The notes beneath the pieces are model-generated. The model was not told where the DNA came from, ran no database searches, and worked only from the letters and a program-made list of their open reading frames with translations. Shown here piece after piece: positions 37,011 through 50,821 of a DNA stretch of 64,000 bases (within the stretch, counting starts at the first letter, position 1; each line of letters starts with the position of its first letter). The DNA comes from Mobula hypostoma (lineage: Eukaryota). Location of the stretch: the NCBI RefSeq assembly GCF_963921235.1, contig NC_086097.1:71426001-71490000 (forward strand), read 5' to 3'. The position numbers and the translations under genes were made by a program.

Positions 37011-39761
37011 TATTCAGGAGGGATAGACATGAAGGAAGGGGAGGTGGGGTGGCGTTGCTGGTTAAAGAAGAGATTAACGCAATAGAAAGGAAGGACATAA
37101 GCCAGGAAGATGTGGAATGGATATGGGTAGAGCTGCGTAACACTAAGGGGCAGAAGATGCTGGTGGGAGTTGTGTACAGGCCACCTAACAGTAGTAGTGA
37201 GGTCGGAGATGGTATTAAACAGGAAATTAGAAATGTGTGCAATAAAGGAATAGCAGTTATAATGGGTGACTTCAATCTACATGTAGATTGGGTGAACCAA
37301 ATTGGTAAAGGTGCTGAGGAAGAGGATTTCTTGGAATGTATGCGGGATGGTTTTTTGAACCAACATGTCGAGGAACCAACTAGAGAGCAGGCTATTCTGG
37401 ACTGGGTTTTGAGCAATGAGGAAGGGTTAATTAACGATCTTGTCGTGAAAGGCCCCTTGGGTAAGAGTGACCATAATATGGTGGAATTCTTCATTAACAT
37501 GGAGAGTGACATAGTTAATTCAGAAACAAAGGTTCTGAACTTAAAGAGGGGTAACTTTGAAGGTATGAGACGTGAATTAGCTAAGATAGACTGGCAAATG
37601 ACACTTAAAGGATTGACGGTGGATATGCAATGGCAAGCATTTAAAGGTTGCATGGATGAACTACAACAATTGTTCATCCCAGTTTGGCAAAAGAATAAAT
37701 CAAGGAAGGTAGTGCACCCGTGGCTGACAAGAGAAATTAGGGATAGTATCAATTCCAAAGAAGAAGCATACAAATTAGCCAGAGAAAGTGACTCACCTGA
37801 GGACTGGGAGAAATTCAGAGTTCAGCAGAGGAGGACAAAGGGCTTAATTAGGAAGGGGAAAAAAGATTATGAGAGAAAACTGGCAGGGAACATAAAAACT
37901 GACTGTAAAAGCTTTTATAGATATGTAAAAAGGAAAAGACTGGTAAAGACAAATGTAGGTCCCCTACAGACAGAAACAGGTGAATTGATTATGGGGAGCA
38001 AGGACATGGCAGACCAATTGAATAATTACTTTGGTTCTGTCTTCACTAAGGAGGACATAAATAATCTTCCAGAAATAATAGGGGACAGAGGGTCCAGTGA
38101 GATGGAGGAACTGAGGGAAATACATGTTAGTAGGGAAGTGATGTTAGGTAAATTGAAGGGATTGAAGGCAGATAAATCCCCAGGGCCAGATGGTCTGCAT
38201 CCAGAGTGCTTAAGGAAATAGCCCAAGAAATAGAGGATGCATTAGTGATAATTTTTCAAAACTCGTTAGATTCTGGACTAGTTCCTGAGGATTGGAGGGT
38301 GGCTGATGTAACCCCACTTTTTAAAAAAGGAGGGAGAGAGAAACCAGGGAATTATAGACCAGTTAGCCTAACGTCGGTGGTGGGGAAACTGCTGGAGTCA
38401 GTTATCAAAGATGTGATAACAGCACATTTGGAAAGCTGTGAAATGATCAGACAAAGTCAGCATGGATTTGTGAAAGGAAAATCATGTCTGACGAATCTCA
38501 TAGAATTTTTCGAGAATGTAACTAGTAGAGTGGATAGGGGAGAACCAGTGGATGTGGTATATTTGGATTTTCAAAAGGCTTTTGACAAGGTCCCACACAG
38601 GAGATTAGTGTGCAAACTTAAAGCACATGGTATTGGGGGTAAGGTATTGATGTGGATGGAGAATTGGTTAGCAGACAGGAAGCAAAGAGTGGGAATAAAC
38701 GGGACCTTTACAGAATGGCAGGCGGTGACTAGTGGGGTACCGCAAGGTTCAGTGCTGGGACCCCAGTTGTTTACAATATATATTAATGACTTGGATGAGG
38801 AAATTAAATGCAGCATCTCCAAGTTTGCGGATGACACGAAGCTGGGTGGCAGTGTTAGCTGTGAGGAGGACGCTAAGAGGATGCAGAGTGACTTCGATAG
38901 GTTGGGTGAGTGGGCAAATTCATGGCAGATGCAATTTAATGTGGATAAATGTGAAGTTATCCACTTTGGTGGCAAAAATAGGAAAACAGATTATTATCTG
39001 AATGGTGGCTGATTAGGAAAAGGGGAGGTGCAACGAGACCTGGGTGTCATTATACACCAGTCATTGAAAGTGGGCATGCAGGTACAGCAGGTGGTGAAAA
39101 AGGCAAATGGTATGCTGGCATTTATAGCGAGAGGATTCGAGTACAGGAGCAGGGAGGTACTACTGCAGTTGTACAAGGCCTTGGTGAGACCACACCTGGA
39201 GTATTGTGTGCAGTTTTGGTCCCCTAATCTGAGGAAAGACATCCTTGCCATAGAGGGAGTTCAAAGAAGGTTCACCAGATTGATTCCTGGGATGGCAGGA
39301 CTTTCATATGAAGAAAAACTGGATGAACTGGGCTTGTACTCGTTGGAATTTAGAAGATTGAGGGGGGATCTGATTGAAACGTATAAAATCCTAAAGGGAT
39401 TGGACAGGCTAGATGCAGGAAGATTGTTCCCGATGTTGGGGAAGTCCAGAACAACGGGTCACAGTTTGAGGATAAAGGGGAAGCCTTTTAGGACCGAGAT
39501 TAGGAAAAACTTCTTCACACAGAGAGTGGTGAATCTGTGGAATTCTCTGCCACAGGAAACAGTTGAGGCCAGTTCATTGGCTATATTTAAGAGGGAGTTA
39601 GATATGGCCCTTGTGGCTACGGGGATCAGTGGGTATGGAGGGAAGGCTGGGGCGGGGTTCTGAGTTGAATGATCAGCCATGATCGTAATAAATGGCGGTG
39701 CAGGCTTGAAGGGCCGAATGGCCTACTCCTGCACCTATTTTCTATGTTTCTATGTTTCTAT
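37011..39761 (+). mobile_element. Young CR1 with most of ORF2 (APE plus RT), nested in an older CR1 3' end (36600-39925)
   Basis: ORFs 36986-38221, 38206-39012 and 39028-39663 show GVVYRPPN, MGDFN, SDH, KSPGPDG and FADD. The only visible lesions are one frameshift (~38206) and one CGA>TGA stop (39010). (TTTCTATG)n tail. Confidence 0.95.
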
Positions 39762-40199
39762 ATTTAAGAAATTCTTCGATAGTCACATGGATATAAGGAA
39801 AATGGAGGGTTTGTCTGTGTAGAAGGTTTAGATTGATCGTGGAGTAGGTTTATATAAGTAAACATCATATTATAGGCCAAAGGGCCTGTACTGTGCTGAA
39901 CTGTTTATATGTTACATGTTCTACCTCACCATTGTAGATGCAAGGCAGGCAAACCAAACTGAAATTATGGCTCATATCAACACACTGGCAAGTGATGACA
40001 CATCTGTTTTGCTCTAGAAAACGCTGATAAGTGCCTTAATAGGGTAATCTGAAGAACAAGTGCATGGAGGTGGTTGGAAGATTGTTAAAAAGTATCACTT
40101 GAGATCATATTGCTAAAAGGTATCATTTGAGATCAAAGGATTGAAAGAATCTAGTTCAAATCGTGGGTGTCTCTCCAGGAAGCCTTAAGTCCACTTTAC

Positions 40200-40760
40200 C
40201 TTCCAGAGGGGTGGTAGTGTGTGTTTGTTGGGAGGGGGCACCTCTACATCAACCTCATGGTTCCTTTCACTGTGCATGATTTGATGACAAAGATCTCAGC
40301 TTCCATTGTAACATATTCTGAGGTCTACCAAATTGTAAGTGCAGCACTGGAAACTTTGATTTCTACCAAGAGGCTTTCAGATTTCTTTGCTGGTAGAGGG
40401 CCAAAGATGAACATATCACTCCAGAAAACCTTCTTCCAACAGCCTGTTCAGTCATTTGAGATCAGAAATACTTCTGTGGAACATGAATCTCTTTTCTTAC
40501 TCAGGATCTGTGCTTTTGAACTGCTGCTGAATCAACTAATCAAAGACCTTGTTACTCAGGACAAGAGAGTGCAGGGTGGAACATCTTGGCTCAGAACTGC
40601 TCATAGTCATACAACCCGTTCTGCCATTGAAGGGCTTCCTTCTTCAATTGGTATGGAATATTGAAGATGCTGTGAGTCTTAGAATCTATCTTGTTGGTGC
40701 TAAAGTAACCAAGGAGAAATGCCTTTGTTTTTCAGGGTAGTGCTAGTCAAGATACCTTCT
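40200..40760 (-). mobile_element. Highly decayed Gypsy-type gag remnant
   Basis: Minus-strand pieces W..YDYEQF..MFHP and EPMRL occur in the order expected for a retrotransposon gag, with many stops. Confidence 0.35.
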
Positions 40761-41879
40761 TGAGATTAGCAGGAGGCTTTCACAAACTACTTCAACAAGC
40801 TAATAAAAACCTACAGATTCTGTAGATACTGGGAATATTGATCAACACACTCAAAATGCTGGAGGAACTCAGCAAGTTAGGCAGCATCCATAAAGGGAAA
40901 TAAATATTCCACATTTCAGGCTGAGACCCAAAAAAGTCAACATTTTTGGTAATGTTGTATCATAGTGAAAGCCTGGGGATCCATTAAAAAGCAAAATAGT
41001 AGCAGGTTTCTGACGGGGATATCCGTTTTGTCACACAATTGCCCTATGTTTTGAATAAAATATGTATTTCCTTTAATTGAAAAGGAAGAAAAGCTGAAAT
41101 GAAATAAAAAAAGAAACTTCTCTCTGATCTGTTGAGTATCTTTCATATTTTATGATATGATATATTATGAATTTATTTACACTTGTGCTTTGCAGTGTGA
41201 TTGTCACAATGATTTCAGTTGCTAGTATTTATTGTGTCATTGTCATGTGATGATTCACCTAAAATCTGTTACATGCAGAAGGTGGCAACACAAAAGCTGA
41301 ACTAGTAGAAAATAAGAGAACTAGATCTGTGGACCTTTTTAAAGAGAAGATAGTGAAAAGAAACTAAGGGTCAGTGTTTATCAAGTAGCAACAAGTGAGG
41401 AAATACAGTGATATTTACGCACTTGGAACTGGGATTTACTTTGACTGGTTGTGAAGAGGAGCAGAGATTGTTGTGAGTTCTACAATGAAATGCTGTCTGT
41501 CCAATGAGAGCTTAAAGACAAATAACCTTCACTGCCACTTGTTCCCTCAGAATGAATGTGTAGGTAGGTCAAATTAATTTTCCAACAAGCTGAGAAAATT
41601 GAATGAAAGGAAAAAAAAAACAGTGCCAAGTGCGGCCACCAGCATTGACAATGAAATGACCATGAAACACCTTGTGGGGTGTCTTCACTCATAGCAAAGA
41701 CAGGAAAACCTCTCACAAGTAGACAAGATATTATCACCAGCTGGAAAGGAAATTTGTTCTGTGTTAAGAGAGAAGGCTTTCAAGCAAATTAATGTAATGT
41801 TCCTGTCAGATAACAGAGCTCAACAAAGGAGAAAAGGTAGCAAAGTGATGCAGCAGGTAGAGTTGCTACAGTAGAAGAG

Positions 41880-43890
41880 GATTCTCTGCACAACAGTATT
41901 GAGTCAGTTGATAAACTGGTTTGTGCTCAAAGTCGCAGCAACCAACCTAGGTGAATGTGGCACTACTATCAGCAATTTTATCAGCAACTGTGTAGAGTAT
42001 TGTGTGGAAAAGTCAATCCAGGTGCTCCCAAATCAGAAACTACAGAATGAGGAAATCCACTCCTTACTGAAGTCCAAGTCTGCAACATCCAAATCTGGGA
42101 ATCCTGATCTATCTGGGAAATCAAGATACAATCTTTGTTAAGCTATCAGGGATGCCAAGAGATGACGCCATTCCAAAACTGAGATTCAGATCATCAGCTG
42201 TGGCAGGGCATACAGGTAATAACAAGCCTTGAGTGAACTTGGGCAGTATCAGCGACAATTCAGATGAGCTCAATGTATTCTATGCACTTTCTGAATAGTA
42301 AAGAAGTGGAATATCACCAATCACCCCGACAGCCTCCAACGTACTCAACCCCTAGTCACCATTTCAGATATCAGATCATCCATCTAAAGAGTGAACTCAT
42401 GGAAAGCACCTGACCCAGATGGTGACCCTGCCTGTGTCTTTAAACCCTGCACAGTTCAGCTCACAGGGGTATTTTTGGACATTTTAATGTCTCTCTACTT
42501 CAATTTGAGGTTCCCCTCTGCTTTGAGATCGCTTTCATCCAGGTACAGAAAGAAAGCAAGATGATGTGTTAAATGACTAATGTCCACTGGGTCTGATATA
42601 CACTGGCACGAAGTGTTTCGAGGGTTAGTCATCCCACACATTAGATCAAGTTTTCCTGACTAGTTTGACCCAATGCCATTCACCTACCACTGAAACAGGT
42701 CTATAGTGCTTTCCATCTCCCTGGCCCAAAACTGTTCTTTGCATCTGTATCTACACAGTAAGGACTCCTACATCAGACTACTGTTTATTGACTATAGCTC
42801 TGCCTTCAATACCATAATTCCAAGCAACTTCATTTCCAAATTCCTAGGTCTGGGGCTCAAACGCACTTTGCAACTGAATACTTGACTTCCTGACCAACTG
42901 ACCACAATCAATAATGATGGGCAGCAATTAAATCCATCATGGGTATCCTCAATATTGGTGCTTCACAAGGCTGCGTCCCTTGCTTTCTACCTTACTCCAC
43001 GCACACTCACCACTGCTCTAGATCTATCTACAAGTTTGCAGATGATACTACATAAATCTCAAATATAATGAGATTTATGGGCTGAATCTCAAATATAATG
43101 ATGGATCAGAGTAAAGGGGGAGGTAAAGAGCCTAGCCACATGGTACCATGACAATTATATTTCCCTAAAAGTCAGAAAAACAAAAGAGCTGGCGGTGGTG
43201 CACATGCTGCTGTCTACATCTTAAATTTCTGAGAGGGAACATCATCACTAGCCCATCCTGGTCCATCAACCATGTTGGTGCCAGAGCAAACAGCACCTCT
43301 ACTTCTGCAGGAGGCTAAAGAAATTTGGTATGCCCCCTTTGTTCTTCACCAATTTTATAAATGAACCATAGAAAGCATCCTATCTGAATATCTCGTGTCT
43401 TGGTATGGCCCAAGACTGCAAGAAACTGCAAAGAATTGTGGACATAGTTCAACACATCATAAAAATCCACCACTCCTTCATACACTTTTTGCTGCCTCAG
43501 TAAAGTTGCCAACATAATCAATGACCCCAACCAGCCTGAACGTTCAGACTTTCTGTCTTCTCCCCTTCCAATTAGGTAGAAAATAAAAAGGTGCGGAAGT
43601 ACGCATCACCAGACTCAAGGACAGATTCTATCCTGCTTTATAAGATTGTTGAATGGCCCCTTTTTGTGTTAAGATGGATTTTTGATCTGACAATCTGCAT
43701 TGTCATGGTCTTGCACCTTATCATCTGCCTGCACAGTACTTTTCCTGCAACCTCACACCACATTGTTCTGCATTCTTATATTGTTTTTCCTAGGTAGTAT
43801 CTTGATGTACCAATGTGATGAAATGATTTGTGTAGATGACATACAGTACAAAACTACATCTTTCACTGGACCATGATACATGTGACAAAA
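41880..43890 (+). mobile_element. Decayed Rex1/Babar-like LINE
   Basis: KAPDPDG, LLFIDYSSAFNTIIPS, YKFADDT and LRRLKKFG motifs. Confidence 0.8.
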
Positions 43891-44019
43891 AAAAACAAAT
43901 TACCTCACAGTTCCGGTGACTCAGGTTCAATTCAAACCTCCGGTGCTGTCTGTGTAGAGTTTGCACGTTTCCTCATAGACTCAGAGCAAGTCATAGAGCC
44001 ATAGTGCACACAGCATAGA

Positions 44020-45010
44020 AATATGCTTTGGCCCATCTAATCCACGCAAGCTTGGCCTTCTGGCCAGTCCCATCTCTCTACACCTGGACCTTACCTGTAA
44101 CCTCTAGTTCTAGTCTCACCCAACCTGAGAGGAAGAAGCCTGCAAACATGCACCCTATCTATACCCCTCATAATTTTGTCTAGCTCTATAACAGGGGTTC
44201 CCAACCTGGGGTCCATGGACCCCTTGCTTGATGTATTGGTCCATGGTTATAAAAGTTGGGAAACCCTGCTGTATAAGATCTTCCCTCAGTCTGCTATGCT
44301 CCAGGGAATAAAGTCCTAAGCTTTTCAAACGTTTCCTGTACCTCAGGTCCTCAAGTTCTGGCAACACCCTTATAAAATTCAGTTGCATTCTTTCAAGCTT
44401 CATGATACTTTTCCTTCAGGCAAGTAACCAGAACTGCATACAATACTCCAAATTTAGCCTCACCAATGCCTTATATAATTTTACATAACATCTTAATTCC
44501 TGTACTCAACACCTTATTTATGAAGGCCAATGTGCCAAAAAATTTCTTTATGATCCTATCTACTTGTTATACCACTTTCAAGAAATTATGGATGTGCATT
44601 CCCAGGGCCCCTTTGTTCTACAGCAAATGTCAGACCCCCGCCATTCACTGTTGTTTTCCTCCCAGTGCTTTGTCCTCCCAACGAACAACACCTCACACTT
44701 GTCTACATTAAATTCCATCTGCCATTTTTCAGCCATTTTTCCAGCTGTTCCAGATCACTTTGCAAACTCTGATAGCCTCCCTTGCTGTCCACTAGGCCCT
44801 CTCAATCATAATGTCATCTGCAAATTTGTTGATCCAGTTTACCACATTATCATCTAAATCATTAATACAGATGATAAACAAAAATGGAACCAGCACTGAT
44901 CCCATGACATCACTAGTTGCTGGCCTCCAGTCAGTGCGACAACCATCTGCTACCACTCTCTGACTTCTCTCATTAAGCCAATGTTGAATCCAATTGACGA
45001 CTTCATTATC
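44020..45010 (-). mobile_element. CR1 3' fragment
   Basis: GSVLVPFLFIICINDLDDNVVNWINKFADD and LEDLRYRKRLKSLGLYSLE. Confidence 0.8.
44192..44268. mobile_element. 77-bp hAT (Charlie/Buster-type) MITE
   Basis: 14-bp TIR CAGGG(G/T)TTCCCAAC and an 8-bp TSD CT(C/G)TATAA at 44184-44191 and 44269-44276 with a central TA. Confidence 0.85.
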
Positions 45011-45369
45011 AGATGGTTTCCCACAGAAACTCTGACTTGCTTCCCCAGATGTAGGGATTGGTAGATTATTCAAACACTGTAATTTGCTCCTAATGTGTAG
45101 ATAATTGGTGAAATATAGGGCAGTTGATGGCAAGAGGCTATACAGGGAACATAGAAGTGGATTAGAATAAATATTTGTATAAATTGGTTCTTCATGGTTG
45201 GTGCAGAGATGATGGGCCAAAGTGCCTATTTCTCTGCTGTCTGACACTGATGCCCATGTGTGCAGTCAAAGAGGGTCCGTTTGAATAATTTCCTAAAATG
45301 ATATTTAATGATGGGACTTGTGCAAATTGGAATTGTTTTAAATGCACCTTCAGCCTGGCACAGGGAGAC

Positions 45370-46200
45370 TCCAGCTGCAATAAATAAACATGTTGACTTC
45401 ATTATTTTGGAGGACTCTGTAAAAAGTTAACTTCATCTAGGCTTGTGCTTTGAAATCACAAATATTTGCTGCTCTGTGGTGAGGCAGGTTGTGAACACTG
45501 ACAACTTTTTTTTTGCACATTAAGGTTCGTCTTTCTCAAGGGAAGATATGTACTATTTGTTTGCACTGTGGGATGAAGTGAGTGCTCTACTCGGCTCTGA
45601 CTGTTCCCATTGTTTCAGTGATTTCCCTTGCTTAGCTAAATTAGCATACTTGGCAGATGTTTTCAACCACCTAAATAGGCTTAATCTAAGCCTGCAGGGA
45701 AAGGGTTTGACTTTGTTCCAAGTTCAGGTCAAAGGAGAACCTATGATCAAGAAATTAGAGCTGTGGTCCTGTCGTATTAATCTATTGAACTAGATTATTT
45801 CCAAAGCCTCTCAGATTTTCTTGTCACTTTGGAAATGTAGATCCCAATCAAGGTAAAAGGTCACATCAAGGAAGGAGATCTACAAATATCCAAGTATTGA
45901 TGTACTAGTATGAAAATGAAGAAAGTAATCTGACAGTGAAGTGCATGCAAATACGGCAATGAAAGAACAATCAAAAGATTTCTCTGTGACAACACTTAAC
46001 ATTAGTTTTCATACAACACCATCTGACTGACTTCTAACTAATCATTCATTCTGAGTTGCTCAAGTTGTCTGACAAGGTAAGAAAGCGCTTTCACAACTTA
46101 CTCATGTGGAAATAGATTTTCTGAGTTCATTATGTTCATATCCAAGTATTACAAGCCGGCTGATTCTGGAACCAGATCTAAGTCTGAAATTGATTCTATT
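45370..46200 (+). pseudogene. hAT (Charlie/Buster/ZBED5-like) transposase remnant
   Basis: LAKLAYLADVFNHLNRLNLSLQG..IKKLELW (45548-45793), with VNFI upstream and an F.TTY.C..FS-like dimerisation remnant at ~46090. Confidence 0.75.
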
Positions 46201-46899
46201 CAATAAATCACGGCACCTTTGAAGTGACTAAATGAGCACAGCTATAACATTCGGAAAGTTATTCGATATTGGCATTCTATCTATAGATATTTCTATTTAG
46301 CAGCAAATACACTGTGAATGATACTGTATATACTGTTCTGCTCCTTAGACTCACGCAACATAAATCACATCTGATGCGTGCAAATTATCTTCTCTTTGTT
46401 GTTACATTGGTCGCTTTTCATCAATATTTTTGCAGTTACACTCAGGAGGGAAATTAAAAGACTGTGGTGCTATAGGGATTGAAAAATATTTGTTGTTGGT
46501 GCTTTGAATGATCACCGTCTTTTCCCCCAGTATTGGGGAGTCCAACACTATAGGGTACAGATACAAGTAAGGGGGAAGAGATTTTAAAGAAAACCGAGGT
46601 GTAACTTCTAAAAACAGAGGACAGTAAGTCCCCAAAATGAGCTGTCAGAGTTTAAGGAGGATGCAGATGCAACATTTAAGAGGCATTTGGACAGGTACAT
46701 GAATGAGTAGGTCTGGGAGGCTTATAGGCCAAACCGGAGGGCGAGGGCAACATGGGAGAAGCAGGGAGGATGCTGTAGTTGTCATAGACTAGTTGGGCTG
46801 AATGGCTTGTTTTTGTGCTGTACTACTCTATGACTCCATGGCTTTAAAATTTTTCCCACAATCTTGACAAACCTTTAATATTTAGGAATTGTTTTATCA

Positions 46900-48200
46900 A
46901 ATAAGAGGTTGAAATCCTCAGTGAGGCTTCTATCTTCCCAACTTGTTTCTGTGGTCACAGTTATTAAATGCCTGGCTCAATATATTGACTTGTCAATGAT
47001 CATCCCCATGTCACCCTGTTGTTGGACGAATGCCAATTGGTTGAGATGTATATTGCTGAAGATAAGTGTATTAGGCATGGCACAGACTTCTAACTAATGC
47101 CAAATGCTTATTGCATCCAGAACGGGAAAGCTTTTGGCTGATGACGCAAGTTCCTCAAGTAAATCTCAGGTATACTCCAATTTATTGACATCTCAACCAA
47201 AGCCTTCTTCATACTTTGTTTGCCTCCACTTCTGGCTGCACGATAGACAAGGGAGGTGCTCTGATGACGAGCAGATTGTGAAGGAAGTAAGTTTCACTTG
47301 GTCACCTTGGTATGTCCAAGCATCTTCCAACATGATGGCTGGCATATTGAGCCAAAGAGTGAAAGAGAGACCCCAGAGGCAAGCACTCTCAGAACACAGT
47401 TGCTGGAATGTCACAGGCACAATACACTGTTTCAGGACAAACTTTTAATACAATATATACATACTTCACCATTTCAGAGGGTTAAAAACAAGAACCTTGT
47501 CATAACCAAACGGGGCTGGTAGGGAGTGAAGTTTCTGATTTACATGTGGAAACTATAGTGCTATGAATGCAGTATCTCTGCAAATCTGCATGCCTCTTAT
47601 GGCTGATACTCCCATATACAGTACAGGGAAGGAACACCTTTGACAATGGGGTGGAGGTTCCATGTAAACTGCAAAAGATAATATGTTTTAGCCACTGCAA
47701 TCTGGATACTAATTAGTTCAACATGACACTCAACTTCAGCTCTGCGGGCAGAGTTGTCTAACCACAGGTGCATGAAGGGAGGTTAGTCTGCAGAAGCTCA
47801 GGGAGAGTGCTAGTAGCATTGAATTGGAAAGCCTCAGCTTATATAAATGCACTGCTTCTTGGGCAGTTAGGAATAGCTCCCAAAAGACTCTTGGGCAGAG
47901 GAGAGCTTAGCCAGGATCCATTTGCAATTCCTCCTTCAGCTTTCTCTGTGTAAAAGGCAATGGCTTTGGCCCCTCTCTCCCTGTTCCAGTTGGCAATGGA
48001 TGCTAAGCAGAAACATAATTAATACACCAAGAAAATGCAACCCAAATTTTCTTCAATTCTCCGATGTTCAAACCTGTTGAATGCATTGTTTTCTTCCAAC
48101 AGGTTGTTCAAGTATTTGATGATCTCTTTAAACAGCACAAATTCAAGGATTAGTCCTTGCTCTTCAGACCATTCTCCTTGAACACAGTGACTACTACTTG
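46900..48200 (-). mobile_element. Old decayed Gypsy gag-pol remnant
   Basis: RT-like LEELASSAKSFPVLDA at ~47100-47170, with gag-like VLFK...N..EENNAFN and KAI remnants upstream. Confidence 0.4.
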
Positions 48201-48345
48201 TACTTAAATGAATCAGGTCACAGAAAAGTAACAATTCAATATTATCTCAAACTGATTTGACCACTGTACACTTCATGTACTTTATACATAGATATATGTA
48301 ATCATAATATTATCACAATCTATAGATGACAGATTAGCATTCAGT

Positions 48346-49144
48346 TTCTGAGGAAACTTGGAATCAAATTTTTAAATTGGTTAACACTTCATCGTTATGT
48401 GCCCGCCACTCTCTCCTACAATTTAAAGTGGCCCATAAGGCTGATATGACCAAGGATAAGTTGTCTCATTTTTATTTGGATATATCTCCGTATTGTGATA
48501 AATGTAATAATGGAGAAGCTTCACTCATTCGTATGTTTTTGACATGTCCGAGTCTTGGAAAATATTGGAAAGAAGTATTTCAAACTTTCTCGATACTTTT
48601 CAAAGTAAACTTTAAGCCTAATCCTTTGACCGCTTTATTTGGTATTGTTGGAGGAAAGGATATTATTTTGGAGTCATCTGACTTGCACGTTTTGGCTTTT
48701 ATGTCTCTTACGGCCAGAAGGACGCTCTTGCTTAAATGGAAAGATGCGGCCCCTCCTATTCACGCTCAATGGTTACGTGATGTGATGTCATGTTTAAATT
48801 TAGAGAAGATTCGATGTTCAATCCCTGAATCTAGCCAAGACTTTCAAACATTGTGGGGACCTTTTTTGAATTATTTTCAAAACCTTTGATTTGCTGTTAA
48901 AGCACAGCTGATGACTAATAATTTTTTTCCCCTTTTTTTCTTTACTAATCAGCTTCGGTCTTGGTAGTGGGTTAGATTTTTTTAATATAATAAAACTACT
49001 ATATTTCAATGTTACGAATTAATTAATCTGTATGAATATAAGGTAAAGAGTCTTTATATGCGATTTAGTATAATGTATTGATATATTTTTTTTCCTGTAC
49101 TCTGTATTCTTATATGTAAAATTAATAATAAAAATATTGGAAAG
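48346..49144 (+). mobile_element. 5'-truncated L1/Tx1-like LINE (C-terminal zinc-binding domain plus 3' UTR)
   Basis: ORF 48377-48889 reads QFKVAHKA..CDKC....SLIRMFLTCP..YW. AATAAA and an A-rich end. 10-bp TSD AGCATTCAGT at 48336-48345 and 49145-49154. Confidence 0.88.
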
Positions 49145-50064
49145 AGCATTCAGTATCACACTGGACTTCATTTGAAGTACATTAAACTAATCTCCACGCA
49201 ACTGAATATCTAAATTGATATTCAAAAAGTGTGACATCATATGAAATAAGATATTGTCAATTATTATTTGGAGGAGCTTGTCTACATCCATTGCCCTTTC
49301 CAGAATATCTTATCCTGATGGTTTAGGTGATTTACTTGGCACTCAATATATAAATAGGATTATCATGGTGGGCTACTTCCCTGAATAATCAAGATTACCC
49401 TGATCATCAACCTCCATTCAGGAAAATTCAGACATAAAATGTTCTCTGACCAAGGCAAGGTGGCTACCCTTTGAGAACAATCCTCTGAAATACATCAGGA
49501 ACAGAATGAGGATACAGACCATCTCAGGTCATATTTTGTGTAATGAAACACTATTGATTTATCATCTCATAGTCAAGGAATAACATAACAAAACAGTATG
49601 CAAAGTGGGACATATCAAATGGAAACTAGGATCTTAAGTTAAGGAAGAGATGCAAGTGCTTAACATGACAAAAATGATGGGGAAAATAATTTAAAAGGCT
49701 TTATTGTAGATAAAGAAAAGCAAGCATTTAAAGAAATGTTCTACGTTCAATTAATTCAAAAGTCACAACACGTAAATATTCCAAAGAAAACTATGAGAAA
49801 ACACAAAAGTGATCAATTTGTGGTTGTTCAAAGAGGTTGAACGGGAATATTAATGTAAAAGAAGAGGTTTATAACACTGAATTGCAAAAATAAATGCAGA
49901 TGCTGAAATTCTGAAATACGAAACAGAAAATACTGCAGATGTTCAGCAGGTCAGACACCACCTATAGAGACAGAAGTAAAGTTAAACGTCTCTGGTTGAT
50001 GAGTTGTCTTTATAAGAGACATTGGATTTGACATTTTGGGATGGTTTAGGTCCTAGAAAGAAAT

Positions 50065-50495
50065 TTGATGGCTCTGGGCCTCAACTCACTGGAATTCAGA
50101 AGAATGAGGGGTGATCTCATTCAAATCTATCGAATGCTGAAAGGCCTTGATACAGTGGATGTGGAAGAGATGTTTTCAATGTGGGCAAGTCTAAGACCAG
50201 AGGACATAGCCTCAAATTAGACGGATGTCCATTTAGAATGGAGATGAACAGGAATTTATTAGCCAGAGAGGGGTGAATCTGTGAAATTCATTGCCACAGG
50301 CAGCTGTGGAGGCCAAATCATTAGGTATATTTATGGCAGAGATTGATAGATTCTTGATTAGTCAGGGCATGAAGGGTTATGGGGAGAAAGCGGGAGTTTG
50401 GAGCTGAAAGGGAAATTGACCAGCCATGATAAAATGATGAAGCAGACTCCATGGCCAAATGGCCTACTTCTGCTCCTATATCTTATGGTCTTAGG
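50065..50495 (+). mobile_element. CR1 3' end (same subfamily as 28820-30415)
   Basis: MALGLNSLEFRRMRGDLI and a TCTTATGGTCTTA tail. Confidence 0.85.
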
Positions 50496-50821
50496 TCTAA
50501 GTAGGATCACCGCTACAGGTACTGTAACTGTTTAAAGGGAACCTACTTAAAACCTACAGAACATGTTGCTGAAATCAAAAGCTTTCCTACTTAGTGCCAA
50601 CCACATTAACCATTCTGTATTGTCATCGTCAAACTCTGTATTGCGCCCACTACATTGAAGTCAAAATCATTAGTACATACAAGAATGTTGTGTCTTTTGA
50701 AAGCCCACTGGTGACAGCTTTCCAGTCATATAACCATCCAGTAATCATTGCTGTCTACTTGCCACCAGAGCACTCAGAGCACTGAGTAACACAAACTATA
50801 GGAGAAATCTCCTCATACCAA

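Noticed and set aside
36715..37773. 352-aa minus-strand ORF
   Set aside because: It is the antisense shadow of CR1 ORF2. The same shadows recur at 25833 and 38571.
48019..48234. Additional host exon (GEWSEEQGLILEFVLFKEII...)
   Set aside because: Splice signals are weak, and the sequence fits better as decayed gag upstream of the Gypsy RT remnant. Not fully excluded.
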